This document shows positions 49,735 through 57,172 of a stretch of 64,000 bases of DNA, in pieces (the stretch's first letter is position 1; each line of letters starts with the position of its first letter). Both the position numbers and the translations under genes were made by a program. Source of the DNA: Patescibacteria group bacterium (GTDB taxonomy: Bacteria; Patescibacteriota; Patescibacteriia; UBA11705; DATKZF01); contig JBMORT010000009.1 of assembly GCA_049319825.1 (NCBI GenBank), forward strand, positions 67,349-131,348. The letters run 5' to 3'. The notes under the pieces were generated by a model that was not told where the DNA came from, ran no database searches, and saw only the letters and a list, made by a program, of their open reading frames with translations.

Positions 49735-50886
49735 ATGAGGGAATATTCGCTAAATTTACCTCGGCAGTCGCGAGTTTTATGTTTGGGAGCGGAATCTGCC
49801 GGAAATTTTACCGTATATGAGAATGGTCAAGCTTATTTTTTTTCTGATTTTGGTGATTTGCTCGATGATAAAAATTTCAATGCATATCAAGAGGCATTGT
49901 TTGGATTTTTTGGAAAAAGAAATTTTGTGCCAGATGTTATTACTGTAGATTTGCACCCTGATTTTAAAACGTCAAAATTAGGCATGGAATTGGCTCAAAA
50001 ATTTGGTTGCAGACTTGAAAAAGTGCAGCACCATGCGGCGCATATCTATTCGGTGTTGTTTGACCATATTCGGGCTTCTCAAACTCAAACTCTGCCTCGA
50101 AATTTTGTTGGAATTGCAGGCGATGGTACAGGGTATGGTCTTGATGGGAAAATCTGGGGTGGAGAAGTGTTTTTATATAGGCAGGAGGCAATAGGTCAGC
50201 CTTCGCCTCATGGGCTTCGGCTGACAGGCAGTAGGCCAGAGGTGCGGATAGGACATTTGGAGAATCAATTGCTTTGTGGGGGAGATTTGGCCATTAAAGA
50301 ACCGGCCCGAATGCTTCTTTCCATACTTTTAGGTATAAAAAAGCCGGCAGAGCTCTGGCCCTTTTTTAGCGCATTTTATGCTGAACAACAGTTTAATGTT
50401 CTTGCAAAAATGCGTGAACAAAAATTTAATTCAGTCGAAACTTCGAGCACAGGCAGGGTACTTGATGCGGCTTCACTGCTGCTCGGATTTTGCGGCAATA
50501 AAAGAGCGTATAAACATGAGCCCATTGATTTATTGGAGAAAAATTCGACAGAACCATTCATTTTGAAACCTCAAATAGAAAAGCAAGATGAATACGTATT
50601 GAACACAACATGGCTGTTTCAATGGATGTTGGATAACTTGGATAAAGATAAGGGCAGATTGGCTGCTACAGTTCAGAAATATATTATTGAGGGTTTAATT
50701 GAAATTGCCGGAAAAGTGAATCCTGATTTGCCGATTTATTTTGGCGGCGGAATGGCTAATAATAAAATAATGAGCCAAATTGCCGAAGAAAATGGGGTAA
50801 TTATGGCTAAAAATATTGAAAGAGGGGATAATTCATTGAGTTTGGGGCAATTGATGTATTGCTTATGGTGTGACAAGCTTTCTTAG
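49735..50886 (+). CDS. hypF: HypF-like carbamoyltransferase, Kae1-like C-terminal part only
   Basis: DLHP, VQHHAAH, DGTGYGLDGKIWGGE, GGD.AIKEP.R, SSTGRVLDA, GGG..N, GD..LSLGQ; no acylphosphatase, Zn-finger or YrdC domains. Confidence 0.85.
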   Translation: MREYSLNLPRQSRVLCLGAESAGNFTVYENGQAYFFSDFGDLLDDKNFNAYQEALFGFFGKRNFVPDVITVDLHPDFKTSKLGMELAQKFGCRLEKVQHHAAHIYSVLFDHIRASQTQTLPRNFVGIAGDGTGYGLDGKIWGGEVFLYRQEAIGQPSPHGLRLTGSRPEVRIGHLENQLLCGGDLAIKEPARMLLSILLGIKKPAELWPFFSAFYAEQQFNVLAKMREQKFNSVETSSTGRVLDAASLLLGFCGNKRAYKHEPIDLLEKNSTEPFILKPQIEKQDEYVLNTTWLFQWMLDNLDKDKGRLAATVQKYIIEGLIEIAGKVNPDLPIYFGGGMANNKIMSQIAEENGVIMAKNIERGDNSLSLGQLMYCLWCDKLS

Positions 50887-50968
50887 CACCGCGTCGAGCG
50901 CTACTCCGGTTTGTGGAGATAGTTACCAAAACCTCGGTAAAATCGCGCTATATGCGATTTTTTTATTA

Positions 50969-50994
50969 TAAAAGCCGAAGAGCGATCTTCGGCT
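50969..50994 (-). terminator. intrinsic terminator closing the stem-loop array
   Basis: Minus strand AGCCGAAGA-tcgc-TCTTCGGCT then TTT-A; back-to-back with the hypF terminator-like hairpin (aaaatcgc..gcgatttt, 50939-50964). Confidence 0.7.
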
Positions 50995-51000
50995 ATGGAA

Positions 51001-51469
51001 GTGAGAGACACGCGGGTCCGCGTTTCAAACATCCCGATCTTCGTCTCCCAAACTTGATTCAAAGGATGCGGCGGACAACGACCGGATCATTAAAGACAGC
51101 ATTTTCATCGTCCGCCGCCAGGGGTGAGGGAAAACACGCTGGCAATCGTTTGCGACACCTCGTACTTCGTTTCCCCTCTTCACGGTTTACGATCGCGGAT
51201 CGTGTAGGAACACAAAATTTTGTGTTCCTACATGCCCGGCAAAGCCGGGCCAAACCGTGAAGAGGGGCCGAAGCGAGGTGCGCTTCGGCCGGAGGCAGAC
51301 AAAGGGTCGTACGTTAAATACAACTCCCCGTCCGTCTGCCTAAAGGAATTGGGAGACACATGAACACGCGTCGTCAAACAACCCACCCCTCGTCTCCCAA
51401 ACTTCATTCAAAGGATGCGGCGGACATCTACATCTTCGTGTTGAAACAGATCAAGATTCGTCCGCCGCC
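51001..51469 (-). ncRNA. six-unit dual-spacer stem-loop array (TIGR-like putative guide RNAs)
   Basis: Six units of stem-CGA-N9-TGT-N6/7-CGN-N9-TGT-stem on the minus strand with all spacers distinct; dedicated promoter and terminator. Confidence 0.75.
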
Positions 51470-51474
51470 TCATT

Positions 51475-51503
51475 TTTATATCATAAAATAAAAAACATGT
51501 CAA
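51475..51503 (-). promoter_or_regulatory. sigma70 promoter for the array
   Basis: Minus strand TTGACA(51503-51498)-N17-TATAAA(51480-51475) with TGn extension; predicted +1 near 51469, the first base of the first stem. Confidence 0.75.
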
Positions 51504-51547
51504 GGCGGCATGCTCTTTGTATATTTAATTTTAGCGAAAATTTCGAT

Positions 51548-52264
51548 TTATTTATGCTTTTTTCCTAAAAATTTCTTTATTAAGCCATCAATACACTCAT
51601 TTTTTTTCCATTCTTTAGCCATGGCTTGATATAATTTCTCACAGCCCGCGTACGGCTTGATATTATTTTTGGCTTTAAAAATCGCTTTATACGGCTGCCA
51701 GTTTTCGATTACTGTATTAAAAGTCTCAGCCACTTGCCATAAATATTTTGGACTTTTGCCTTTGAATTTATCGCGCTCTTTAATGCCGTAATTTTTTTCA
51801 ATAAAATCGTAGAAAATAAAATGCAGCATTTCATGGCCCACTGTTGACAGCGGATCAAATTTTTTTCGCGAATAGGGGAAATAAAATATTTTGTCCTTAA
51901 TATCTCGCGGGAACATATTGAAAATCGAGGCATAGCCTATATATTTGCCTTTGGGCCAAGGGTGATTTCCAAATATTTTATTCACCAAATTAAAAAATTT
52001 ATTTTCTATTTTTCCCCAGCGCTGCTTGGTCTGCTCGACTCCACGCGCAATGGCTTGCGCATTTGCCTGATAAAAATTTTTGGCGTATTTTGAAATTATA
52101 AGATGTTTTTCTTTTAATGAAAATTTCTTGTCATTTATAAATAAAATTTCCTTGGGCAAAAACAAATCAACAAATTCACCGTTTTTAATGAACCATTTGG
52201 CGTTTTCAATGTCAGACCGAGCGCTTATTTGAAATTTTATTTTGGGTTTGGCTGATTTTTTCAT
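51548..52264 (-). CDS. HEXXH zincin-like hypothetical protein
   Basis: GHEMLH plus downstream VAETF glutamate. Confidence 0.7.
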   Translation of the reverse strand: MKKSAKPKIKFQISARSDIENAKWFIKNGEFVDLFLPKEILFINDKKFSLKEKHLIISKYAKNFYQANAQAIARGVEQTKQRWGKIENKFFNLVNKIFGNHPWPKGKYIGYASIFNMFPRDIKDKIFYFPYSRKKFDPLSTVGHEMLHFIFYDFIEKNYGIKERDKFKGKSPKYLWQVAETFNTVIENWQPYKAIFKAKNNIKPYAGCEKLYQAMAKEWKKNECIDGLIKKFLGKKHK

Positions 52265-52278
52265 ATTAAACAAAGTTC

Positions 52279-52363
52279 TATACTACGGATTGCTCCAAAT
52301 ACTACGACATGCTGAATATAAATTTGTTTTCGTAGTATTCGTAGATTTTTTGTAGATTCGTAG
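52279..52363. repeat. inverted CTACG-type short repeats without cargo gene
   Basis: aatactacga (52298-307) / tcgtagtatt (52330-339), plus further ctacg/cgtag copies. Confidence 0.6.
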
Positions 52364-52545
52364 TTAACAAATCCTCGGAATCAATTTGCCTTTCGGCTCC
52401 TCAATCCTTCTTTCCGAACCAAGCATTGTCTTCAAAAAGACACCTTCGCCTTCAACGCATTTTCCAATAACTTTGGCTTCAGGATTAAATTCTTGAAGTT
52501 TTTTTAACGCTTCATCAGTGTTTTCCGGACTGACCGCGGCGATAA
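52364..52545 (-). repeat. 182-bp direct copy of the hypE 3' end
   Basis: Matches 54219-54400 with 7 mismatches by my count; encodes IAAVSPENTD...KLIPRIC*. Confidence 0.95.
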
Positions 52546-52595
52546 TGATTGCTAAAATGACGATGATTGGGATTAACAATTTGTTTTTCTTAGTA

Positions 52596-53303
52596 TTATT
52601 TAATTATATAGATGACATGTCGCATACTTATAATGCATTTGTTGCCGCCGCATTTGGTTGTCAGATCATTAATTATTTTTTGTTTATTTTCTTGATAGAA
52701 TTTTCTTTGTCCTGGGTGCTGAAAAAAGAATTTCAAAATTTCATACATTTCCAGCTCGTCTTTGGCGAAAATTTGCGAAATAAATTTCTTTTCTTTGTGA
52801 TTAAATTTGTTTCTTGATAAATAATCAAACATTTCAGGATACCCGCTGTATTTTTTTACTTTGGTATTGAAATTAAAAAACGGATTATCATGCTTATTTT
52901 TTGAATATTCATCAATGATAACTATCATTCCGTCGGGATTGAGAAAAGATTTCGCTTTTTTAAAAAATGAATCCCATTTTTCATAAGGAATTTCCCATAA
53001 AACATATGCGGCTAAAATAATATCGAATTTTTCCTTAGCTTCAAATTTCAGAAAGTCATTTTTGATGAATTTTACTTTTGAATTCTTTTTAATTTCATCC
53101 TTTAATCTGTCTTCGATGTCAAGCAAGAGGATTCTTTTGAAATTAGAAATTATTGGCTGAATTATTTCTCCGGTACCGCAACCAATGTCCAAAATAGAAT
53201 CAAATTTTTGATTATTAAATAACCTTATTAGTTCGGATTTTATCATTTCTTTCTCGTTCGTGTGGGCAAGAAATTGGTTAAATAGGTCAGTATAATTTCG
53301 CAT
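52596..53303 (-). CDS. class I SAM-dependent methyltransferase (AT-rich)
   Basis: ILDIGCGTG, KFDIIL, LNPDG. Confidence 0.85.
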   Translation of the reverse strand: MRNYTDLFNQFLAHTNEKEMIKSELIRLFNNQKFDSILDIGCGTGEIIQPIISNFKRILLLDIEDRLKDEIKKNSKVKFIKNDFLKFEAKEKFDIILAAYVLWEIPYEKWDSFFKKAKSFLNPDGMIVIIDEYSKNKHDNPFFNFNTKVKKYSGYPEMFDYLSRNKFNHKEKKFISQIFAKDELEMYEILKFFFQHPGQRKFYQENKQKIINDLTTKCGGNKCIISMRHVIYIIK

Positions 53304-53310
53304 AAAATTT

Positions 53311-53346
53311 CTAGCAAATACTAGGAATCAATTTTCCCTTCGGCTC
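53311..53346 (-). repeat. 36-bp diverged copy of the hypE 3' end
   Basis: GAG CCG AAG GGA AAA TTG ATT CCT AGT ATT TGC TAG = EPKGKLIPSIC*, versus EPKGKLIPRIC* in hypE. Confidence 0.85.
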
Positions 53347-53347
53347 T

Positions 53348-54178
53348 TTACTGTGTCGGTTGAGAAACGCGCTCAGGAATTTTACTTGTATATGCTGACG
53401 GCTCTTTATTAATGCATTGTTCTTTCATTGACTCACCGGCTGTGTCCGGCTCGTCAACCATGTCATCACAAAGCCATCTGGATGTCTTGCCTGTTTGTTT
53501 ATCATACATGGCATTCCAAATACATACATTTCTTTCTCTCTCCCAGCCATCGCCGTAATCAGCGCTGTTGATTTTAAGGCATGAAGTCTGGTTCTTAGTC
53601 CTTAAGACAATATCGCTGATGCAAAATTTAACCGATCTTGAATACTTTGAATGATCAGATTCGTCAGTTTGTATTTGGTAGCATTTCGTGACATCTAAAT
53701 TTGCCAACGCTTCGCATTTTATGTTTAAACTATTATATGGAATTTTGGCGCAGAAATTTGTGTCGGAATAAACTTCTGCCATATAGGTGCTACAATATGT
53801 CCCATCAATATCCGAAATTTTATATAAAGATTCGCATGCCACTTTGTCATTTGTGTTTTGATAGTACTTGATCAAGCAATCCGTCCTGGGATATATATTT
53901 GTAATGCTATCATCTTCCCATATGATTTTCGGGTGATACTCGCATTTTTCATCTTCGCAAAAATAATAGGTTGTTTCAATTGGTAATTCTTCGCAGATAC
54001 TTACGTCATGAGCCGCTATCGCTTGCGCGGCAGTTGAGTCCATTAAATTAGTAATTTCTTCACTGGAGTATTCAGGCCGAGTTTTTACGGAGTCTCTCAC
54101 ATTGGGCATGGGAGAAGAACAACTGGATAAAAAAAATGTGATTAAAATTAAAAATATTAATGTTGAAAAAAATTTCAT
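53348..54178 (-). CDS. Cys-rich repeat lipoprotein
   Basis: Lipobox LSSC; repeated D...C..I.......C motifs. Confidence 0.75.
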   Translation of the reverse strand: MKFFSTLIFLILITFFLSSCSSPMPNVRDSVKTRPEYSSEEITNLMDSTAAQAIAAHDVSICEELPIETTYYFCEDEKCEYHPKIIWEDDSITNIYPRTDCLIKYYQNTNDKVACESLYKISDIDGTYCSTYMAEVYSDTNFCAKIPYNSLNIKCEALANLDVTKCYQIQTDESDHSKYSRSVKFCISDIVLRTKNQTSCLKINSADYGDGWERERNVCIWNAMYDKQTGKTSRWLCDDMVDEPDTAGESMKEQCINKEPSAYTSKIPERVSQPTQ

Positions 54179-54218
54179 AGGTTTTTTGATAATGATTTAT
54201 CTAAAAATTTCGACTCAA

Positions 54219-55187
54219 TCAACATATCCTCGGAATCAATTTGCCTTTCGGCTCCTCAATCCTTCTTTCCGAACCAAGCATTGTCTTCAAAAAGACACCT
54301 TCGCCCGGAGTGCATTTTCCAATAACTTTGGCTTCAGGATTAAATTCTTGAAGTTTTTTTAACGCTTCATCAGTGTTTTCCGGACTGACCGCGGCGATAA
54401 ATCGGCCTTCGGACGGTAGGGTAAATAAATCAATTCCCAAAAGCTCGGTTAAGGCGACGACTTCTTTTTTATAAGGCAACGTTTCTTCATCCAAAATAAT
54501 TTTCACTTTTGATTTGTCGGCGATTTCATTCATGTTCGCGGCCACGCCTCCGCGCGTGGGATCCTTGGCCGCGTTCAGCAGGTGCCCGACTGCCTGGAAT
54601 TCTGCCAGAAGCGGCTGGCAGTCGCTTTTTAAATCAGTTTGATAATCAAAGCGATAGGCGAGAAGCGTTAAACCATGTTCGCCCAAATCTCCTGATGTAA
54701 TGATATTATCGCCGACTTTGGCGCCGCCATTGTCTATAACTTTTTCAACCAATCCGATGCCGGCCGTGGTTATTTCTATTTTATCAAGTTTGCCTTTTTC
54801 CGTCACTTTGGTGTCGCCGGTAACGATAGGAATATTGGTGTGTTTTGAAACTTTATCAATTGATTCTGCGATTTTGAAAAGGTCTTTTTTGGCAAAGCCT
54901 TCTTCAATGACAATGCTTAAAGACAGGCCAAGCGGCTTGGCGCCCATGACGACTAAATCATTGATCGTGCCGCAAGTGGCGATTTTCCCAATATCGCCGC
55001 CCGGAAAAAATATCGGATCAACTATAAAAGCATCAGTGGTGAAAACGAGCTTTTGATTTCCCAGATCATAAATCGCGCCATCATCTTCTGTGTTGGTCCA
55101 ATTTGATTTGAGATTAATTATTTGGCGAAGCTGGCGGATAAGTTCGTTATTTTTGAATCCGCCGCCGCCGTGGTCGAGTTCGATCAT
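54219..55187 (-). CDS. hypE: hydrogenase maturation protein HypE
   Basis: HGGGG, TTDAF.VDPIFFPGGDIG, GDTKV, DPTRGG, EG, C-terminal PRIC. Confidence 0.95.
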   Translation of the reverse strand: MIELDHGGGGFKNNELIRQLRQIINLKSNWTNTEDDGAIYDLGNQKLVFTTDAFIVDPIFFPGGDIGKIATCGTINDLVVMGAKPLGLSLSIVIEEGFAKKDLFKIAESIDKVSKHTNIPIVTGDTKVTEKGKLDKIEITTAGIGLVEKVIDNGGAKVGDNIITSGDLGEHGLTLLAYRFDYQTDLKSDCQPLLAEFQAVGHLLNAAKDPTRGGVAANMNEIADKSKVKIILDEETLPYKKEVVALTELLGIDLFTLPSEGRFIAAVSPENTDEALKKLQEFNPEAKVIGKCTPGEGVFLKTMLGSERRIEEPKGKLIPRIC

Positions 55188-55198
55188 ATGAATGATTT

Positions 55199-56275
55199 CT
55201 ACCCCACTTCAGTGGGCATTTTTTTGAAGCCGACTGGAAGTCGGGCAGAATTGCGATATTTATATTCTATTTGGCAATTCCCCTCGACCGACACCATACA
55301 CGCGCCTTGAGGATTTTCCGGCGAGCAGGCCTGGGCAAAAAGGGGACAATCCTGCGGTTTTTTTAGACCTTGTAGAATTTGGCCGCAGATGCAGCCGCTT
55401 GGTTTTAACTTGATTTCTTGTTTGATTTTAGCAATTAAATCGGAATAAGTAAACTCCGCATCCTGATTTTGGAATTCAGCCTTTATTTTTAGACCGGAAG
55501 ACGGGATCAATCCCAAACCACGCCATTTGGCATCCGCGGATTCAAACACTTCATTGATAATTTTTTTCGCTTCGATATTACCTTCGGGTTTAACGACTCT
55601 TGTATATTGATTTTTAACTTGATTTTCATGGTTTAAAATCATTTCGAGCAGCCACTCGATTGAAATCAAAACATCTTCCGGCTCGAATCCGGAAATAACT
55701 TGCGGAATCTCGAACTGCTCATAAGGTTTTGATCCAATTATGGCTGATACATGGCCGGGATTGATAAAGCCATCGATTTGAATATCAGGATTTGATAGCA
55801 AAGCAGCCATGGCCGGAGGAAATAATTTATGAGCTGAATAAACCCTTAAACCCTGCTTGGCTGCCCACGCGGTCATCGGCGTAGTGGTTTCAAAACCGAT
55901 GCCAAAAAAGACTAAATCATTTATTTGTTCAGCCAATTTTAGTGCGTCCAGTGTTGAGTAGACAATCTCAATTTTCTTGCCTTGCTGCTTTAATTTTTCC
56001 AAGCTCGAATTGGTCCCCGGCAAGGATAAAGCATCGCCGTAAGCCGCGATCGGAACATCATTTTCCGCCAGACCGATTACAATGTCAATGTCAGCTTGAT
56101 CAGTGACGCAGATCGGACAGCCCGGCCCGGAAATCAGCTCGATGTTTGAGGGAAGCAAGCTTTTCAAATTATATTTCGCCACAGTCTGCGAATGCGTGCC
56201 GCAGAGTTCCATGAGTTTGACGGAGCGCGAGATTTGATTTGCCAGGGCTTTGATTGTTGTTAATATTTTTTTCAT
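55199..56275 (-). CDS. hypD: hydrogenase maturation protein HypD
   Basis: MELCGTH, GPGCPICV, GFETT, PGHVS, GFEP, WRGLG, C.CG, GACMVSVEG.C. Confidence 0.95.
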   Translation of the reverse strand: MKKILTTIKALANQISRSVKLMELCGTHSQTVAKYNLKSLLPSNIELISGPGCPICVTDQADIDIVIGLAENDVPIAAYGDALSLPGTNSSLEKLKQQGKKIEIVYSTLDALKLAEQINDLVFFGIGFETTTPMTAWAAKQGLRVYSAHKLFPPAMAALLSNPDIQIDGFINPGHVSAIIGSKPYEQFEIPQVISGFEPEDVLISIEWLLEMILNHENQVKNQYTRVVKPEGNIEAKKIINEVFESADAKWRGLGLIPSSGLKIKAEFQNQDAEFTYSDLIAKIKQEIKLKPSGCICGQILQGLKKPQDCPLFAQACSPENPQGACMVSVEGNCQIEYKYRNSARLPVGFKKMPTEVG

Positions 56276-56775
56276 GCGTTAATTTGCGTTATACGAGTGT
56301 TATATGGCGTTATAAAGCGTTGATTTGTATTATTTGGTGGCATTTTTAAGTCTGTTTAATACAACGTTTATTAATCCATTTAAAATTGACTGGACCTTAT
56401 TTGCTTGAAACATGTAATCATCAAATGTATCTTTGTCAATATAACTGACTCTGTAACCAATATGCAGGTCATTTATAACTTCATTCAAACAACCTTTGGC
56501 GATTCCATAAAATCTTAAATTTTCTTTATAGAAATACCTGCCGAATCCTTCCGCAATGTTCGCGCCAACTCCACGCGCGCTTTCGCGCAGATGCTTTACC
56601 AAATTGTATTTTTCCGATTCGGGAAGGGTATTTGTCAATTTGTAAATCATTTCGCAAAAAACCATTGATTCTCTCCACGCATCCAGATCTTCTATATTTT
56701 GTATTTTCATAAAATTAATAACTCGTTCCAACGCAATATAACATTTAAATAACGCCAAATAACGTCAAATAACGC
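56276..56775. repeat. inverted TAACGC/GCGTTA tandem repeats flanking the four-helix gene
   Basis: gcgtta-type copies at 56276-56322 and taacgc-type copies at 56728-56775, about 10-nt period. Confidence 0.7.
56330..56710 (-). CDS. four-helix-bundle protein (TIGR02436 / Avd-like family) between hypC and hypD
   Basis: EDLDAW, LPESEKYNL, ANIAEGFGR, IAKGCLNE. Confidence 0.85.
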   Translation of the reverse strand: MKIQNIEDLDAWRESMVFCEMIYKLTNTLPESEKYNLVKHLRESARGVGANIAEGFGRYFYKENLRFYGIAKGCLNEVINDLHIGYRVSYIDKDTFDDYMFQANKVQSILNGLINVVLNRLKNATK

Positions 56776-56985
56776 TTACATAGCATTCAACGCTTTTGTT
56801 ATTTCTTCAGCCTCATTTTTATCAATAATCTCAATCGCAAACCCCGCATGGACAATCACAAAATCACCGTTTTTTGGTTTTACTAGGCTGATATTCACCT
56901 TTTTTTTCAGGCCGTTAAAATCAACCAGCGCGGTTTGGCTGTTTTCTTCGATTGATTGGATTTTTCCGGGAATGGCTAAGCACAT
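56776..56985 (-). CDS. hypC: hydrogenase maturation chaperone HypC
   Basis: MCLAIPGK, VHAGFAI. Confidence 0.95.
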   Translation of the reverse strand: MCLAIPGKIQSIEENSQTALVDFNGLKKKVNISLVKPKNGDFVIVHAGFAIEIIDKNEAEEITKALNAM

Positions 56986-57172
56986 AGTAATTTAGAAGGC
57001 TTAAGGGGGTTGAGAGGCAAATGGGTAAAAAGCGGAAAGATAAAGTGGCATTTTCATTAACTGCCCTTCTTAGGCCTTTTTAGCTCTCTACCACGGGTTT
57101 GTTGATAAATATTCGTGTGTTTTTATTAAACATGCTAGAATTTTAACAGATATATTATTAACTTCAAATTTT

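Noticed and set aside
50913-51260. ORFs 50913-51260(+) and 51059-51253(-)
   Set aside because: They overlap the structured array, have no recognisable motifs and have atypical composition; probably spurious
51001-51469. CRISPR array
   Set aside because: No constant 23-47-nt direct repeat with ~30-nt spacers; the variable parts are paired 9-mers inside stems; no cas genes
51001-51469. Tandem riboswitch or leader for a downstream gene
   Set aside because: The predicted transcript ends in a terminator facing the convergent hypF with no downstream gene, and the loops are variable rather than conserved
52364-52579. 71-aa ORF as an independent gene
   Set aside because: It is a chimera of a short hydrophobic stub and the duplicated hypE tail
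52364-54400. hypE repeat pair plus nearby Avd-like gene as a diversity-generating retroelement (TR/VR)
   Set aside because: Mismatches are not adenine-specific (ACTCCG versus GTTGAA, plus synonymous changes) and there is no reverse transcriptase in the window
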